The translations under genes and the position numbers were made by a program. A DNA stretch of 64,000 bases from Bacteroidaceae bacterium (GTDB lineage: Bacteria > Pseudomonadota > Gammaproteobacteria > Burkholderiales > Burkholderiaceae_F): contig CAVJUW010000003.1 of assembly GCA_963652725.1 (NCBI GenBank), positions 403 through 64,402 on the forward strand. Reading direction: 5' to 3'. Below the pieces are notes generated by a model, which saw only the letters and a program-made list of their open reading frames with translations, made no database searches and had not been told where the DNA came from. Shown in pieces: positions 10,901 to 20,936 of the stretch (the first letter of the stretch is position 1; every line of letters starts with the position of its first letter).

Positions 10901-12154
10901 AAAAAGTTCAATAAGCGGGTATTGATTTGCAACCACCATCGCTTGCTCGATACGTTTTTCAGATGGCTTTTTCCCATAAAACCCGTCTATGTGAAAGGCA
11001 TAACAGACCATGCCAAGCATTGTCTGTGCAAAAGCATCATGCCCTTTGTCGTGTTTGGCCATGGCTTTGAGCCAACTGGTTGCTCTATCTAAAGCGTGAA
11101 GACCCATATAGGCCAATGGAAAAACGGCAACTTCGTCACAACCCCGAATTCCATACTTAAGCAGAGCCTCTATCGTTCGGCGAGTTCCCGCACCCTGACG
11201 ATCTGCGTAAAGCGCTAAGCCGTAGATGAAGTTTTCAAAAGTTCCTTGAAGTATGTGGCGATTAAAGGTCCCATGATAATTTTGGTAGCCCTGAAGCGAA
11301 AGCGCTTTTTTCGCCTCGCGACTCGCCGCTTTCGAATCATTGGCCAATAGCGCAATCACAGACGCTATCAAATGATAAAAAGGCGTTTGCTCTGAGAGCT
11401 CCGTGAGGATTTTTTCAGGATGCCCCTCCCGAAAGAAACGGTAAAACACAAACCAATCATGAAGCCAAATTCGATTATCGAGACTTAAATCGAGAGCCAC
11501 TAAATTGTTGTACATGACGTTAGCTACTTCCCAATCACCTCGGACGAAATAGTCAAGCGATGATTTTGTCATGCGGTATAAGGTATCGGCCGAATCCTTA
11601 TCTAATGAAGCGAAAAAAGGCTTCCATCGTGGTTGTGTTGCAAACCACTGGAGCACAGACCTGCACTCTTTAACGCAATAGCCTGGCGGTGTTTGTTCAA
11701 TCTTCTCTATCGGTTTCTCGCCATCTTTAGGGCAAGAAAGCAGACACGTAAGAAACTGTTCATGCTCGAAATAGAGACCTCTTTGCAAAGCATAGCTATA
11801 GACATTCCTTTTTTCGAACTCTGACTCCAATTCACTAGTCAGAATATCGTTTTTTTCCATCAAAGAAACCGTTGCAACAAAGAGCTCGTCGGTTATCGTA
11901 AGAGAGGTTGAAAAGTAGTACCTTTGTACCTCTTCAATATTAGGAACTGGTTCTCTCACTAAGTGATTCTTTGCAAGCCATTCGAGAAAGTCCTGAGCCT
12001 TTTCTTTGCTAAGGCCCGCTTTCTTTGCTGCATAAAAGAGTTGCTGCTCTTTGAGTGACTCTGGACAAGAAACGATAGCGAAAAGAAATTTTTTGATATT
12101 CTGCGGACAGGCGTTCAAAGCACATTGAAGAGATTGAAAATACGCTTGGCTCAT
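8000..12154 (-). CDS. Large SNF2-family ATPase/helicase (1384 aa) with long uncharacterised N-terminal region
   Basis: LRDYQ, LADDMGLGKT, DEAH, LTGTPLQN, LVFSQF, SLKAGGTGLNLT, DPWWNP, QASDRTYRIGQ in the C-terminal ~450 aa. Confidence 0.9.
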   Translation of the reverse strand: MSQAYFQSLQCALNACPQNIKKFLFAIVSCPESLKEQQLFYAAKKAGLSKEKAQDFLEWLAKNHLVREPVPNIEEVQRYYFSTSLTITDELFVATVSLMEKNDILTSELESEFEKRNVYSYALQRGLYFEHEQFLTCLLSCPKDGEKPIEKIEQTPPGYCVKECRSVLQWFATQPRWKPFFASLDKDSADTLYRMTKSSLDYFVRGDWEVANVMYNNLVALDLSLDNRIWLHDWFVFYRFFREGHPEKILTELSEQTPFYHLIASVIALLANDSKAASREAKKALSLQGYQNYHGTFNRHILQGTFENFIYGLALYADRQGAGTRRTIEALLKYGIRGCDEVAVFPLAYMGLHALDRATSWLKAMAKHDKGHDAFAQTMLGMVCYAFHIDGFYGKKPSEKRIEQAMVVANQYPLIELFWLTATASNPKRVAELEAQFGMKSLIYSQRQVEEWENLLDELLDYTASKVKKAGSSAAKAPKQRIIYGVNPKILAVVPYLQKSLKTGRFSEPKEISLRVFEKMTSEKGMTPQDLEVASQISVTKAWSGVSRDLRGKDVFRRLIGHPNVYDLRNMDIHCEILKGEFQVEAKKENSQFVVHTNIDDELKDLEDVPDCIVREKSLGQIEVIDISEEQKKLYFSFKKKRAFPVAAQDKLTQLFERLSLRMPVMSELLNNSEQLEKIKASTKLTVRVVPEGDNWYTMRLVVRPIEDSPVTCEPGNGSEFLAVNLKGKPVQVVRNLKKEKEAFSQFESVVSSWEENRTGDFEWYLDTSDCLKFLSTVRTLKDEVTVQWPEGAKFKVSYAPISFSSLQFSINRMGTWFEVKGEVSLDGKTKLKMAELLRMVRESKGDFVSLGDAEYVALTEGLKKQLLALDRTLSGKGSSQLSTFNAGVLGDFEKQGAVLNADKEYRDLQERIAKAETVTAHVPTALQAQLRDYQLDGFEWMMRLASWGAGALLADDMGLGKTVQTIAVLLSRAKDGAQLVTVPASVLFNWQEELTRFAPSLKQIILNTQENRTEALEKAGKNTVVISTYGVLTSEIEAIAKKTWVTAVYDEAHNIKNRDTKAFKAATSIKSDFRVLLTGTPLQNHLSEIWALFEVAVPGLLGSFNHFGERFVLPIERDKDREQQRLLKRIVSPFILRRTKADVLNELPEKTETTIKVELSQEERALYEQLREETKESLETGEINPVQALAALMKLRRAACSPELVDAKLKLPSSKTQVFLSLVDELIDNHHRALVFSQFTSHLALIRRALEEKGIEYLYLDGAVSSAQRQKLVSAFEEGSMPLFLISLKAGGTGLNLTAADYVIHMDPWWNPAIEDQASDRTYRIGQDRPVTIYRLIASGTVEEKILKLHSTKKSLADALLEGSEMSSRLGREEIMELLALAR

Positions 12155-12296
12155 TTGCGTCGACTCTAGATAACTAAGAAAGGATTAAGCATTTTACGAG
12201 AGTTCGACTCGAGTTTCTCGGTTCATTTCTCCTTTTTTATCAAATATAAGGCTCTCTGCTCTCTATAATGAAGAAAAAGATTCACAAAGGTTTCCT

Positions 12297-13289
12297 ATGA
12301 AAACCCGATTCCTTGCTATTGCCCTTACTGGGATTGCCGCTCTCGCGCTCGGCGCCGTTATTCTTTCTCAGAAACTTAGCGGCACGGATTCCGAACTTCG
12401 TCTTTATGGAACGGTTGATACGCGCACAGTGCGTCTTGCTTTTGAAGAATCAGGTCGTCTAACTGAACTTACGGTCACCGAAGGCGCTATTGTGAAAAAG
12501 GGAGAACGTCTAGGCGCAATCGATGACGCGCGTTACAGAATTCATCTTCAGCAAGCGCAGGCCGCAGAATCTGTCGCCCAGAAAAACCTCGAGCTACTTT
12601 TGGCTGGAGCGCGCGCCGAAGACATTGCTGCCGCTAAGGCGCGCTTTGCTGCCGCTCAAGCCGCACAAGCTCTTTCTGAGAGAACCTGTCGCAGAGAGAA
12701 AAAACTTGGCAACGCCTCAAGCCCATTAAGAATCGATCAAGCCTGCTCGCAAGCCGCCGTTGATAGAGCAAGCGCTCAAGCGGCCAGAAAAGAACTAGCC
12801 CGGCTAGAGGCCGGAACGCGTAGCGAAGAAATCGAAGTTGCCCGTGCCCAAGTGAGGGCAAGCCGCGCGCAAGTTTCTGATGCCCGCCGTGCGTTAAACG
12901 AATGCGTACTCATTGCTCCAACTGACTTTGTTGTTCGGGCGCGACTAAAAGAGCCTGGCGATATGGTCTCGGCATCTATCCCTGTCGTGGAAGGAGCTCT
13001 TACAAATCCCATGTGGATTCGTGCTTGGGTCGATGAGGTCAATCTCGGAAAAATTACGCCAGGGATGAAGGCTTTTGTTAAAACTGACAGCGCTCCTAAA
13101 AAGACCATAGCTGCAAGCGTTGGCTTCGTGTCAACTGTTGCTGAATTTACGCCAAAATCCGTGCAAACCGAGGCGGTGCGCACGTCTCTTGTGTACGAGG
13201 TGCGGCTTACCGTAGACGACAAAGACTCCGTCCTACGCCTTGGGATGCCTGTGACTGTGACACTTGAGGCTAGCGATGATAAGCGCTGA
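12297..13289 (+). CDS. HlyD-family membrane fusion protein (YbhG-like)
   Basis: N-terminal anchor, YGTVD.R, long coiled-coil hairpin, AEFTPKSVQT...RTSLVY motif. Confidence 0.88.
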   Translation: MKTRFLAIALTGIAALALGAVILSQKLSGTDSELRLYGTVDTRTVRLAFEESGRLTELTVTEGAIVKKGERLGAIDDARYRIHLQQAQAAESVAQKNLELLLAGARAEDIAAAKARFAAAQAAQALSERTCRREKKLGNASSPLRIDQACSQAAVDRASAQAARKELARLEAGTRSEEIEVARAQVRASRAQVSDARRALNECVLIAPTDFVVRARLKEPGDMVSASIPVVEGALTNPMWIRAWVDEVNLGKITPGMKAFVKTDSAPKKTIAASVGFVSTVAEFTPKSVQTEAVRTSLVYEVRLTVDDKDSVLRLGMPVTVTLEASDDKR

Positions 13290-15009
13290 CGCACTGCGTC
13301 TTACTGGCGTAACTCGCTACGAAAAGGGCGTTACCCAAGCTCTCGTCGATGATGTGACTCTTAGCATCCGCTCTGGGTGCTTAGCAGCCCTAGTGGGAGC
13401 AGACGGAGCGGGAAAAACCACCCTCATGCGAATTGCAGCTGGCATTTTGCAACCCCAAAAAGGGCGCGTTGAGATTTTTGGGCACGAGATCTACCAAGAA
13501 TCTTCGAGCGAAAGAACTTGCTCTCTTGTGGGCTACATGCCTCAGCAGTTCGGCCTTTATGAAGACCTGACGGTCATGGAGAACTTTCTTTTATACGCTG
13601 ACCTTTTTGCTCTTACAGAGGAAAATCGCCGCGAGCGCTTTGCTGAACTTCTCGCAATGACAGATCTTGTGCGTTTTACCGAGCGCGCTGCAGGTAAGCT
13701 CTCTGGAGGGATGAAACAAAAGTTAGGGCTAGCGTGCGCTCTTCTGAATCGCCCTTCTCTTTTACTTTTGGATGAACCTACTGTTGGGGTCGATCCTTTA
13801 TCGCGTCGAGAGCTTTGGAGCATCCTTAAAAAAGCCGTTAGGCTAGGCACGATGACCGCACTTGTTGCAACAACCTATACCGATGAAGCCGCGCTGTGCG
13901 ATGAGGTCTTTTTACTCGATAAGGGGCACCTTGCTTTAACGGGAACTCCAGAGGCGATTGCCGCACGAGCCAAAAATCGCACCGCTCTTACCTTTTCTTC
14001 AAATCTTGCTCCGCGCTTACTGCAAGCCAAATTAGCCGAGGAAAGTTCCTTAATATTGGATGCAGTCCCTTGCGCTGGAGGCGTTCATATTCTCCTTCAA
14101 GACAACATAACGCTTGAAGCGTTTGTGGCCACGCACCGCGATTTAAGAATCACGCCACAGACTCCGACTTTAGAAGACGGGTGGCTTGCTTCACAGAAAA
14201 ATGCAAACAAACACACGCACTTGATTCCTATAACCGAATCGGCCTCCATAACGAAAGCCCTAGATCCTGTAATCCGTGCTAAACGTATCGTGCGTCGCTT
14301 CGGGAACTTCACAGCAGTCGATCAAACTAGCTTTGACGTACATCCTGGAGAAATCTTCGGGCTCCTAGGTCCGAATGGCGCAGGGAAAACGACAACCTTT
14401 CGAATGCTTTGCGGCCTCATTGAAGTCACCGAGGGAGAGCTTGAAGTTGCAGGGTGCGACGTCCGTAAGAGTCGTGCGGCTTCACGGCGTAATCTCGGAT
14501 ACATGTCGCAAAAATTTGCGCTCTACGGCAATCTCACAACCCGAGAGAATCTCGAATTCTTCGCTGGCGCTCAGGGACTAAATAAAGAGGCTGCCCAAAA
14601 ACGTGTTAAGGCACTTTTGAGGGATTTCGAACTAAACGATTATGCCGATCGCGCCGCAGGAGACCTTCCGGGCGGCGTAAAGCAGCGCCTTGCGATGGCC
14701 GCCGCTCTCGTAGCTCGCCCTGCTCTTTTATTCTTAGATGAACCCACAAGCGGTGCGGATGTTCCAACGCGTCGTAGCTTTTGGCGACGTATGACAGATT
14801 TAGCGAAAGTCGGCGTGACGATTATTGTCACAACTCACTTTATGGAAGAGGCCGAATACTGCGACAGACTCATCATCCAAGATGCAGGAAAGATGCTTGC
14901 CTTAGGAACACCCAAAGAGATTCGAGGCGATTGCCCGACTATGAACGATGCCTTTATCCGCATTGTCGAAAAGTCTCGTAGCTTGCGTAAAGAAGGAGCG
15001 ACACAATGA
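13276..15009 (+). CDS. ABC transporter ATP-binding protein with two NBDs (YbhF-like)
   Basis: GADGAGKTT/LSGGM/LLLDEP and GPNGAGKTT/LPGGV/LFLDEP. ATG 13276 follows GAGG. Confidence 0.9.
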   Translation: MISADALRLTGVTRYEKGVTQALVDDVTLSIRSGCLAALVGADGAGKTTLMRIAAGILQPQKGRVEIFGHEIYQESSSERTCSLVGYMPQQFGLYEDLTVMENFLLYADLFALTEENRRERFAELLAMTDLVRFTERAAGKLSGGMKQKLGLACALLNRPSLLLLDEPTVGVDPLSRRELWSILKKAVRLGTMTALVATTYTDEAALCDEVFLLDKGHLALTGTPEAIAARAKNRTALTFSSNLAPRLLQAKLAEESSLILDAVPCAGGVHILLQDNITLEAFVATHRDLRITPQTPTLEDGWLASQKNANKHTHLIPITESASITKALDPVIRAKRIVRRFGNFTAVDQTSFDVHPGEIFGLLGPNGAGKTTTFRMLCGLIEVTEGELEVAGCDVRKSRAASRRNLGYMSQKFALYGNLTTRENLEFFAGAQGLNKEAAQKRVKALLRDFELNDYADRAAGDLPGGVKQRLAMAAALVARPALLFLDEPTSGADVPTRRSFWRRMTDLAKVGVTIIVTTHFMEEAEYCDRLIIQDAGKMLALGTPKEIRGDCPTMNDAFIRIVEKSRSLRKEGATQ

Positions 15010-16094
15010 GCTCCCCCTTCTTTTGCCATACTGTTGCATTAACTGTAAAAGAAATTCGTCAGATTCTTCGAGATAAGAGCGCCTTTCTTCTTGGGATTGT
15101 GATGCCCTTGATGCTTATTCTTCTTTTCGGATACGGCATCACATTTGATATCCGCGATGTGCGACTTGCCCTTGTCGATCAAGCGCAGACAGAAACTTCG
15201 CGAGCCTTAACAATTTCCCTTTCCCACAATCCAATCTTTAAAGTGCGTACGGTAAAAACACGCGCCGAGGGCGAAGCCATTCTCAAAACGTTCGAGGTAG
15301 AAGGCTTACTTGTCTTTACTCTTCATAACGGCAACTTAAAAGAGTCCCTTAGCATTGACGGAATCGACGCAACACGAGCCGTGATGGTTGGCAATGCCGT
15401 CACAGGGGCGCTTTCTGTTGCTACGCAAAAGATGGCAACGGCAACAGGCGTAACTGTTATTCCCCGACTTTGGTTTAATGAAAGCGCAGAAAGTCGTCGT
15501 TACCTTGTCCCTGGGCTTATGGTCATTGTCCTTACGCTCACGGGCATGATGCTCACGGGTCTTGTTCTTGCACGCGAGTGGGAACGGGGAACAATGGAAG
15601 CGCTTCTTGCAACGCCTGCTAGCCCTGGCGCTATCCTCTTATCGAAAACACTTCCCTACCTTCTCCTAGGTTTGATGGGCTGGAGCCTTTGTTTACTCGC
15701 CGCAGTCTTTCTTTATGAGGTCCCCATACGAGGAAGCCTCACCGTCATTGCCGCAGGGTCCCTTCTTTATTTATTAATCGGGCTTCTTTTAGGACTTGTC
15801 ATTTCCGGGAAGACGCGCTCACAATTTCTTGCAAGTCAATTTACCGTACTCGCAGGATTCTTACCCGCAGTCATTCTCTCGGGCTTTATCTTTGATTTAA
15901 GAAGCGCACCTGCATGGGCTGATGTGCTTGCGCACTGTTTCCCTCCCGTTTACTACATGGAAATTCTTCGCGTTGGCTTTCTCACGGGCGGCATGCACAT
16001 GCTTCTTTTAAAAGACTTCGCCGCTCTCCTAGCCTTTGCCATCGTTCTTTTCATTCTTGCTAAAAAGCAGTGCGTTAAAAGGATTCGACCATGA
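15006..16094 (+). CDS. ABC-2 type permease (YbhS-like)
   Basis: KEIRQILRD, AREWERGTMEALL, LSGFIF; ATGA overlap with upstream gene. Confidence 0.88.
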   Translation: MSSPFFCHTVALTVKEIRQILRDKSAFLLGIVMPLMLILLFGYGITFDIRDVRLALVDQAQTETSRALTISLSHNPIFKVRTVKTRAEGEAILKTFEVEGLLVFTLHNGNLKESLSIDGIDATRAVMVGNAVTGALSVATQKMATATGVTVIPRLWFNESAESRRYLVPGLMVIVLTLTGMMLTGLVLAREWERGTMEALLATPASPGAILLSKTLPYLLLGLMGWSLCLLAAVFLYEVPIRGSLTVIAAGSLLYLLIGLLLGLVISGKTRSQFLASQFTVLAGFLPAVILSGFIFDLRSAPAWADVLAHCFPPVYYMEILRVGFLTGGMHMLLLKDFAALLAFAIVLFILAKKQCVKRIRP

Positions 16095-17188
16095 CACTTT
16101 TTTCGCCTGCCCTACGAGCGCTCATACACAAAGAGTTTCTTTCCGTCTTGAAAGATCGCACAAGCCGCATGATTCTTGTTGTGCCTGTGCTTTTGTACAT
16201 CATTCTCTTTGGTTACATCGCAAGCTTTAATCTTGAAAGAATTCCCTATGCACTGTGCGATCTTTCGCACTCGGAGGCTTCTTACTCTTTTACCCGTGCC
16301 ATAGAAGGCTCTCACATTTTCGATCGCGTTGCAACGCTTACCAACACCGCGCAACTTGCGGATGTTCCAGAAACAACCGATGCCTTAATCAGCGTCGTGA
16401 TTCCCGCTGACTTCGCTAGGCGTCTAACAGAGGGGCAAGAGGCACCGATTCTAGTAACTGTCGATGGTCGTAACTCGACTACGGCACAACTTGCCGCAGG
16501 ATACCTCGCAAGCATCGCTTCAGAATTTAACGCCAAGCGCTCAGAAACGGCTCCTATGCTTACGATGCGACTTCTTTTTAATGAAAATAACATCACGCAA
16601 TGGTTCATTCTGCCTGGTCTTATTCTCATGATTGCGATGCTTCAGACCGTGGTGCTTTCAGCTCTATCGATTGCCAGAGAACGAGAGCAAGGCACTTATG
16701 AGTCACTTCTTGTGACACCAGTGAGGCCTGGGGAAATTCTTCTATCCAAAATGCTTGTACCGTGCGCTGTCGGATGCTTTCAAAGTGCGCTTATTTTTGC
16801 TGCGTGCTTGTGGTGGTTTGAAATCCCGTTTGCAGGTCGTCTTCTTCAACTCATTGTCGTTGAGATTGTCTTTCTTTCAGCCATCGTCGGGATAGGGCTT
16901 GCGGTCTCTGCGGTTGCAAAGTCTATGCAACAGGCGCTTCTTATTGTGATTGTCTTTCTTGTGCCAATGGTCCTTTTAGGAGGACTTTTTACTCCCGTGG
17001 AAAACATGCCCGAATGGATACAGACTCTCACTTGGATCGATCCTTTGCGATTTGGGCTTGTCGCCGTAAGACGCATTTACCTTGCTGGTATCTCGTGGAG
17101 CGATGTGGCTCTGACGCTCTGGCCTGCGGCAGCTGTCGCGTGTGTGACACTTCCCGCTGCCTACATCTTTTGCACACGAAGGCTATAA
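16091..17188 (+). CDS. ABC-2 type permease (YbhR-like)
   Basis: KEFLSVLKD, DGRNSTTA, SIAREREQGT, TPVENMPEW; ATGA overlap. Confidence 0.88.
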   Translation: MTLFSPALRALIHKEFLSVLKDRTSRMILVVPVLLYIILFGYIASFNLERIPYALCDLSHSEASYSFTRAIEGSHIFDRVATLTNTAQLADVPETTDALISVVIPADFARRLTEGQEAPILVTVDGRNSTTAQLAAGYLASIASEFNAKRSETAPMLTMRLLFNENNITQWFILPGLILMIAMLQTVVLSALSIAREREQGTYESLLVTPVRPGEILLSKMLVPCAVGCFQSALIFAACLWWFEIPFAGRLLQLIVVEIVFLSAIVGIGLAVSAVAKSMQQALLIVIVFLVPMVLLGGLFTPVENMPEWIQTLTWIDPLRFGLVAVRRIYLAGISWSDVALTLWPAAAVACVTLPAAYIFCTRRL

Positions 17189-17193
17189 GACTT

Positions 17194-18003
17194 TTAGCGA
17201 AGACCTTGAGCCTTTAATGCCTCATAGGTTTCTTTCACGTCGTGTACCCGCACAATGTGCGCCCCTTTACGTACGGCGCACAGTGCAGCATCGACCGATC
17301 CTGCAACACGCTCTTTGGGATTGGCAATGCCAGTAAGGGCTCCAATCATGCGTTTGCGAGATACACCGATGAGAACAGGGAAACCACCACTCTCGAACTC
17401 TTCAAAGTGATTGAGTAAATCGATGTTTTCTTGCATCGTCTTACCAAAGCCAAAACCCGGATCCCAAGAGACTTGTTCGCGATTCACCCCAGCTCTCATG
17501 AGTTCTTCGCTTTTTCCCCGTAAGAAATCCGTGATGTCTTTAAAAAGCCGCCCCTCTTTAATAGCTTCAAAATGCATCACAACAAGACCCACATCGCTTT
17601 GGCTAACCGCTTCAATGGCGCCTTCTTGAGTAAACCCACGCACATCGTTAATGATATGAGCGCCAAGGGAAATTGCCCCTTTCATCATTTCGGGCTTATA
17701 AGTATCTACTGATACGGTATATCCCTCTTTAACAAGAGTTTCTACAAGAGGTAAGACACGTCTAGCTTCCTCTTCAAAAGAAACTGGCGCATAGCCTGGT
17801 CTCGTTGACTCGCCTCCAATATCGAGGATATCTGCGCCCTCTTTGGCTAACTCTCGAGCAAAGCTAAGAGCTCTCTCGTATGTAGCGTGCTCTCCCCCAT
17901 CGGAAAACGAATCGGGCGTGACATTGACAATACCCATAATCTTGGGCTGTGTTAAATCAATCGCTCTATCTTTGCATTGCCAAAGCGTTGGATTTTTCTT
18001 CAT
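17194..18003 (-). CDS. folP: Dihydropteroate synthase
   Basis: MGIVNVTPDSFSDGG, DIGGESTRPG, DPGFGFGK, SRKR, RVHDV; downstream of ftsH; ATG 18003 preferred. Confidence 0.96.
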   Translation of the reverse strand: MKKNPTLWQCKDRAIDLTQPKIMGIVNVTPDSFSDGGEHATYERALSFARELAKEGADILDIGGESTRPGYAPVSFEEEARRVLPLVETLVKEGYTVSVDTYKPEMMKGAISLGAHIINDVRGFTQEGAIEAVSQSDVGLVVMHFEAIKEGRLFKDITDFLRGKSEELMRAGVNREQVSWDPGFGFGKTMQENIDLLNHFEEFESGGFPVLIGVSRKRMIGALTGIANPKERVAGSVDAALCAVRKGAHIVRVHDVKETYEALKAQGLR

Positions 18004-18013
18004 AAAAATACCT

Positions 18014-18047
18014 AAAAACACGAAGGCGCCCACTAAAGACGCCCTCG
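18014..18047 (-). terminator. Intrinsic terminator-like hairpin between ftsH and folP
   Basis: Minus strand CGAGGGCGTC-TTTAGTG-GGCGCCTTCG followed by TGTTTTT. Confidence 0.6.
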
Positions 18048-18068
18048 ATAAAACAACTCCTAAAAAAA

Positions 18069-20087
18069 CTACTCCCCTTCTTGCGGGGTGTCGTCTTTTT
18101 TCTGAGCCTTGCGACGTGGCTTTTTCACAGGCGGCTCTTCATTTTTAGGCGCAACCTCAGGATTCTCATCCTGCGGTTTTTCTTCAGGCTGAGAAACTGC
18201 CTTTTCTTCGGCGGGGGCCTCCTTAGAATCGGCTTCTTTCTTGTTGGAATCAGCGGATTCTGGGGCTTTGGGCTCACGGGGATCATTTCCAGCCATGATG
18301 TCATTTAACTGCTCGGCATCAAGCGTTTCCCACTTCAAAAGCGCAGAGGCCATCTTCTCGATCTTGTCGCGATTGTCTTCGATTAATTTACGCGCCAAGT
18401 TGTACTGCTCTTCGAGAATTCTGCGGATTTCTGCATCCACAGCCTGCATCGTCTTTTCGGAAATGTGCGTAGTCTTTGTAACTGATCTTCCTAAGAAGAC
18501 TTCACCTTCGTTTTCCGCATAGACCATCACGCCCATTTTTTCGCTCATGCCGTAGCGCATGACCATGTCGCGCGCGAGTTGCGTAGCGCGTTCAAAGTCA
18601 TTGCTCGCACCCGTTGTCATCTGGTGCATGAAGACTTCTTCAGCGATACGACCACCGAAAAGAATCGCAATCCGTGTCATCAGGTACTGCTTGTCGTAGG
18701 CATAGCGATCGGTTTCAGGTAGTTGCATCGTAAGACCTAAGGCTCTACCTCTTGGAACAATTGTGACCTTGTGCACGGGATCGGACTTGGGCATTAACTT
18801 AGCAACGAGAGCGTGACCGGATTCGTGATAAGCCGTGTTGCGACGTTCGTCCTCGGTCATGACCATTGACTTACGCTCTGCGCCCATCATGATCTTGTCT
18901 TTGGCTAATTCAAAGTCATGCATCTCTACGACGCGACCGTTACGACGTGCCGCAAAAAGAGCGGCTTCGTTAACAAGGTTAGCGAGGTCGGCGCCAGAAA
19001 ATCCTGGGGTTCCGCGCGCAATCAAATCGGCACGCACGTCAGCACCCAAGGGAATCTTTTTCATGTGCACTGCCAAAATCTGTTCACGCCCGCGAATATC
19101 AGGTAGCGGCACCACAACCTGACGGTCAAAGCGACCTGGACGCATAAGCGCTGGGTCAAGGACGTCAGGACGGTTTGTCGCCGCGACAACAATAACGTTG
19201 GTTCCTGTTTCAAAGCCGTCCATTTCAACGAGCATTTGATTCAGTGTCTGTTCGCGTTCGTCGTTACCACCGCCAAGGCCTGCGCCACGCTGACGACCCA
19301 CAGCATCAATTTCGTCAATGAAGATAATGCAGGGCGCGTTTTTCTTTGCGGTCTCAAACATGTCTCTGACGCGAGAGGCACCGACGCCAACGAACATTTC
19401 AACGAAGTCAGAACCGGAAATCGAAAAGAACGGGACACCTGCTTCGCCAGCAATGGCTTTGGCTAAAAGTGTCTTACCCGTTCCAGGAGAGCCAACGAGC
19501 AAAATGCCGCGCGGAATGTGTCCACCCAAGCGTTGGAACTTCGAAGGATCTTTTAGGAAGTCAACGACTTCTTGCACATCCTCTTTGGCCTCATCGCACC
19601 CAGCGACATCAGCAAAGCGCACCTTATTGGTCGATTCGTTTAGCATGCGTGCTTTACTCTTACCAAAGGAGAATGGGCCACCGCCCTTGCCGCCCGTTTG
19701 CATCTGGCGCATGAAAAAGACCCACACGCCGATTAAAAGAAGCATCGGGAACCAGCTAATAAAGACTTGCTCTAAGAAAGAGGGTTCCTCTTCGGGGCGT
19801 CCGTAAACCTGAACGCCGTTTTTGCGAAGGTCTTCCACCATCCACAAGTCCCCTGGGCTCGTGATCGTATAGACGTGACCTTCGGAAGGAGTCACGGTAA
19901 TCCTTCGACCCTGAACGTCGACACGACGAACCTTACCGGCTTTGGCATCTTCCATAAACTGCGTGTAGCTCGTCTGATCGAGATTACCGATTGCAGGGCG
20001 ATCGCCGCTAAATTGACGGAAAACGGTAAAAAGCACAAAGGCGATTAAACACCAAACCGCTAAGCGCTGAAGCATCCTCTTATCCAA
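18069..20087 (-). CDS. ftsH: ATP-dependent zinc metalloprotease FtsH
   Basis: Two TM helices, [28 protein letters not shown] start after AGGAG. Low-complexity charged C-tail. Confidence 0.97.
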   Translation of the reverse strand: MDKRMLQRLAVWCLIAFVLFTVFRQFSGDRPAIGNLDQTSYTQFMEDAKAGKVRRVDVQGRRITVTPSEGHVYTITSPGDLWMVEDLRKNGVQVYGRPEEEPSFLEQVFISWFPMLLLIGVWVFFMRQMQTGGKGGGPFSFGKSKARMLNESTNKVRFADVAGCDEAKEDVQEVVDFLKDPSKFQRLGGHIPRGILLVGSPGTGKTLLAKAIAGEAGVPFFSISGSDFVEMFVGVGASRVRDMFETAKKNAPCIIFIDEIDAVGRQRGAGLGGGNDEREQTLNQMLVEMDGFETGTNVIVVAATNRPDVLDPALMRPGRFDRQVVVPLPDIRGREQILAVHMKKIPLGADVRADLIARGTPGFSGADLANLVNEAALFAARRNGRVVEMHDFELAKDKIMMGAERKSMVMTEDERRNTAYHESGHALVAKLMPKSDPVHKVTIVPRGRALGLTMQLPETDRYAYDKQYLMTRIAILFGGRIAEEVFMHQMTTGASNDFERATQLARDMVMRYGMSEKMGVMVYAENEGEVFLGRSVTKTTHISEKTMQAVDAEIRRILEEQYNLARKLIEDNRDKIEKMASALLKWETLDAEQLNDIMAGNDPREPKAPESADSNKKEADSKEAPAEEKAVSQPEEKPQDENPEVAPKNEEPPVKKPRRKAQKKDDTPQEGE

Positions 20088-20237
20088 AATCGGAACTCCT
20101 TGTCTCTGAAATATTATTCGGGCTCCCTTTCGCTTTTCTCGAAAGGAGCAAAGTCATAGTCTATCCGCTTTAGGCGTATTTCTCTTGGGTTTTCACTGGG
20201 AAAATACGTCGGATTTGTTTGCAAGCGTAACAAGTTG

Positions 20238-20888
20238 CTATTTCGAGCGCAACCGACGAGAAACCACATACATTTCAGCGCTCGTGTCGCGGCTTGCCTC
20301 GGGTTTGCGTTGCGCCACAGTCATAAAGTGTTGCTTAAGCGTTGCAATAAATTGCGAGTAGCCCGAGCCCTGAAAGACTTTTGCAACAAAAACGCCGTCT
20401 TTTTTAAGGTGTTCTAGAGCAAATTCAAGGGCTAATTCGTTAAGTAGGAGGCTAGCTGCTGCATCAGCTGCGGCAATTCCCGATAAGTTCGGAGCCATAT
20501 CGCTTAAGACAACATCGACCTTATCGCCAGCTAACACTTCAGAGAGCTGATCGGCAACCTCTTGCTCGCGAAAATCTCCCTGAATAAAAGTAGCGTCCTC
20601 AATCGCCTCCATAGGAAGGATATCCATGGCAATCAGGCGCCCTGAGAAAACTCCCTTTGCATCAAGCATCTGACTTCTTGCAACCTGCGTCCAACTGCCT
20701 GGCGCACTTCCGAGGTCAACAACGGTCGAACCTGGGTGAAAAAGATGTTCTTTCTCGTTTAATTCGAGCAATTTATAAGCCGATCGTGCCCGAAAACCCT
20801 CGGCGCGGCTCTTTTTCACAAAGGGATCATTAATGTGCCGCTCAATCCAGGCACGATTAGAACGTAATTTTTTGGTCGATTTAGGCAT
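20238..20888 (-). CDS. rlmE: 23S rRNA Um2552 methyltransferase RlmE (FtsJ)
   Basis: RARSAYKL, DLGSAPGSW, SDMAPN, KPEASR..S.E. Confidence 0.96.
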   Translation of the reverse strand: MPKSTKKLRSNRAWIERHINDPFVKKSRAEGFRARSAYKLLELNEKEHLFHPGSTVVDLGSAPGSWTQVARSQMLDAKGVFSGRLIAMDILPMEAIEDATFIQGDFREQEVADQLSEVLAGDKVDVVLSDMAPNLSGIAAADAAASLLLNELALEFALEHLKKDGVFVAKVFQGSGYSQFIATLKQHFMTVAQRKPEASRDTSAEMYVVSRRLRSK

Positions 20889-20936
20889 CGTCTTCGTTAA
20901 AATATACGAATCACTATTTTTTCTATAAGCGAAATT

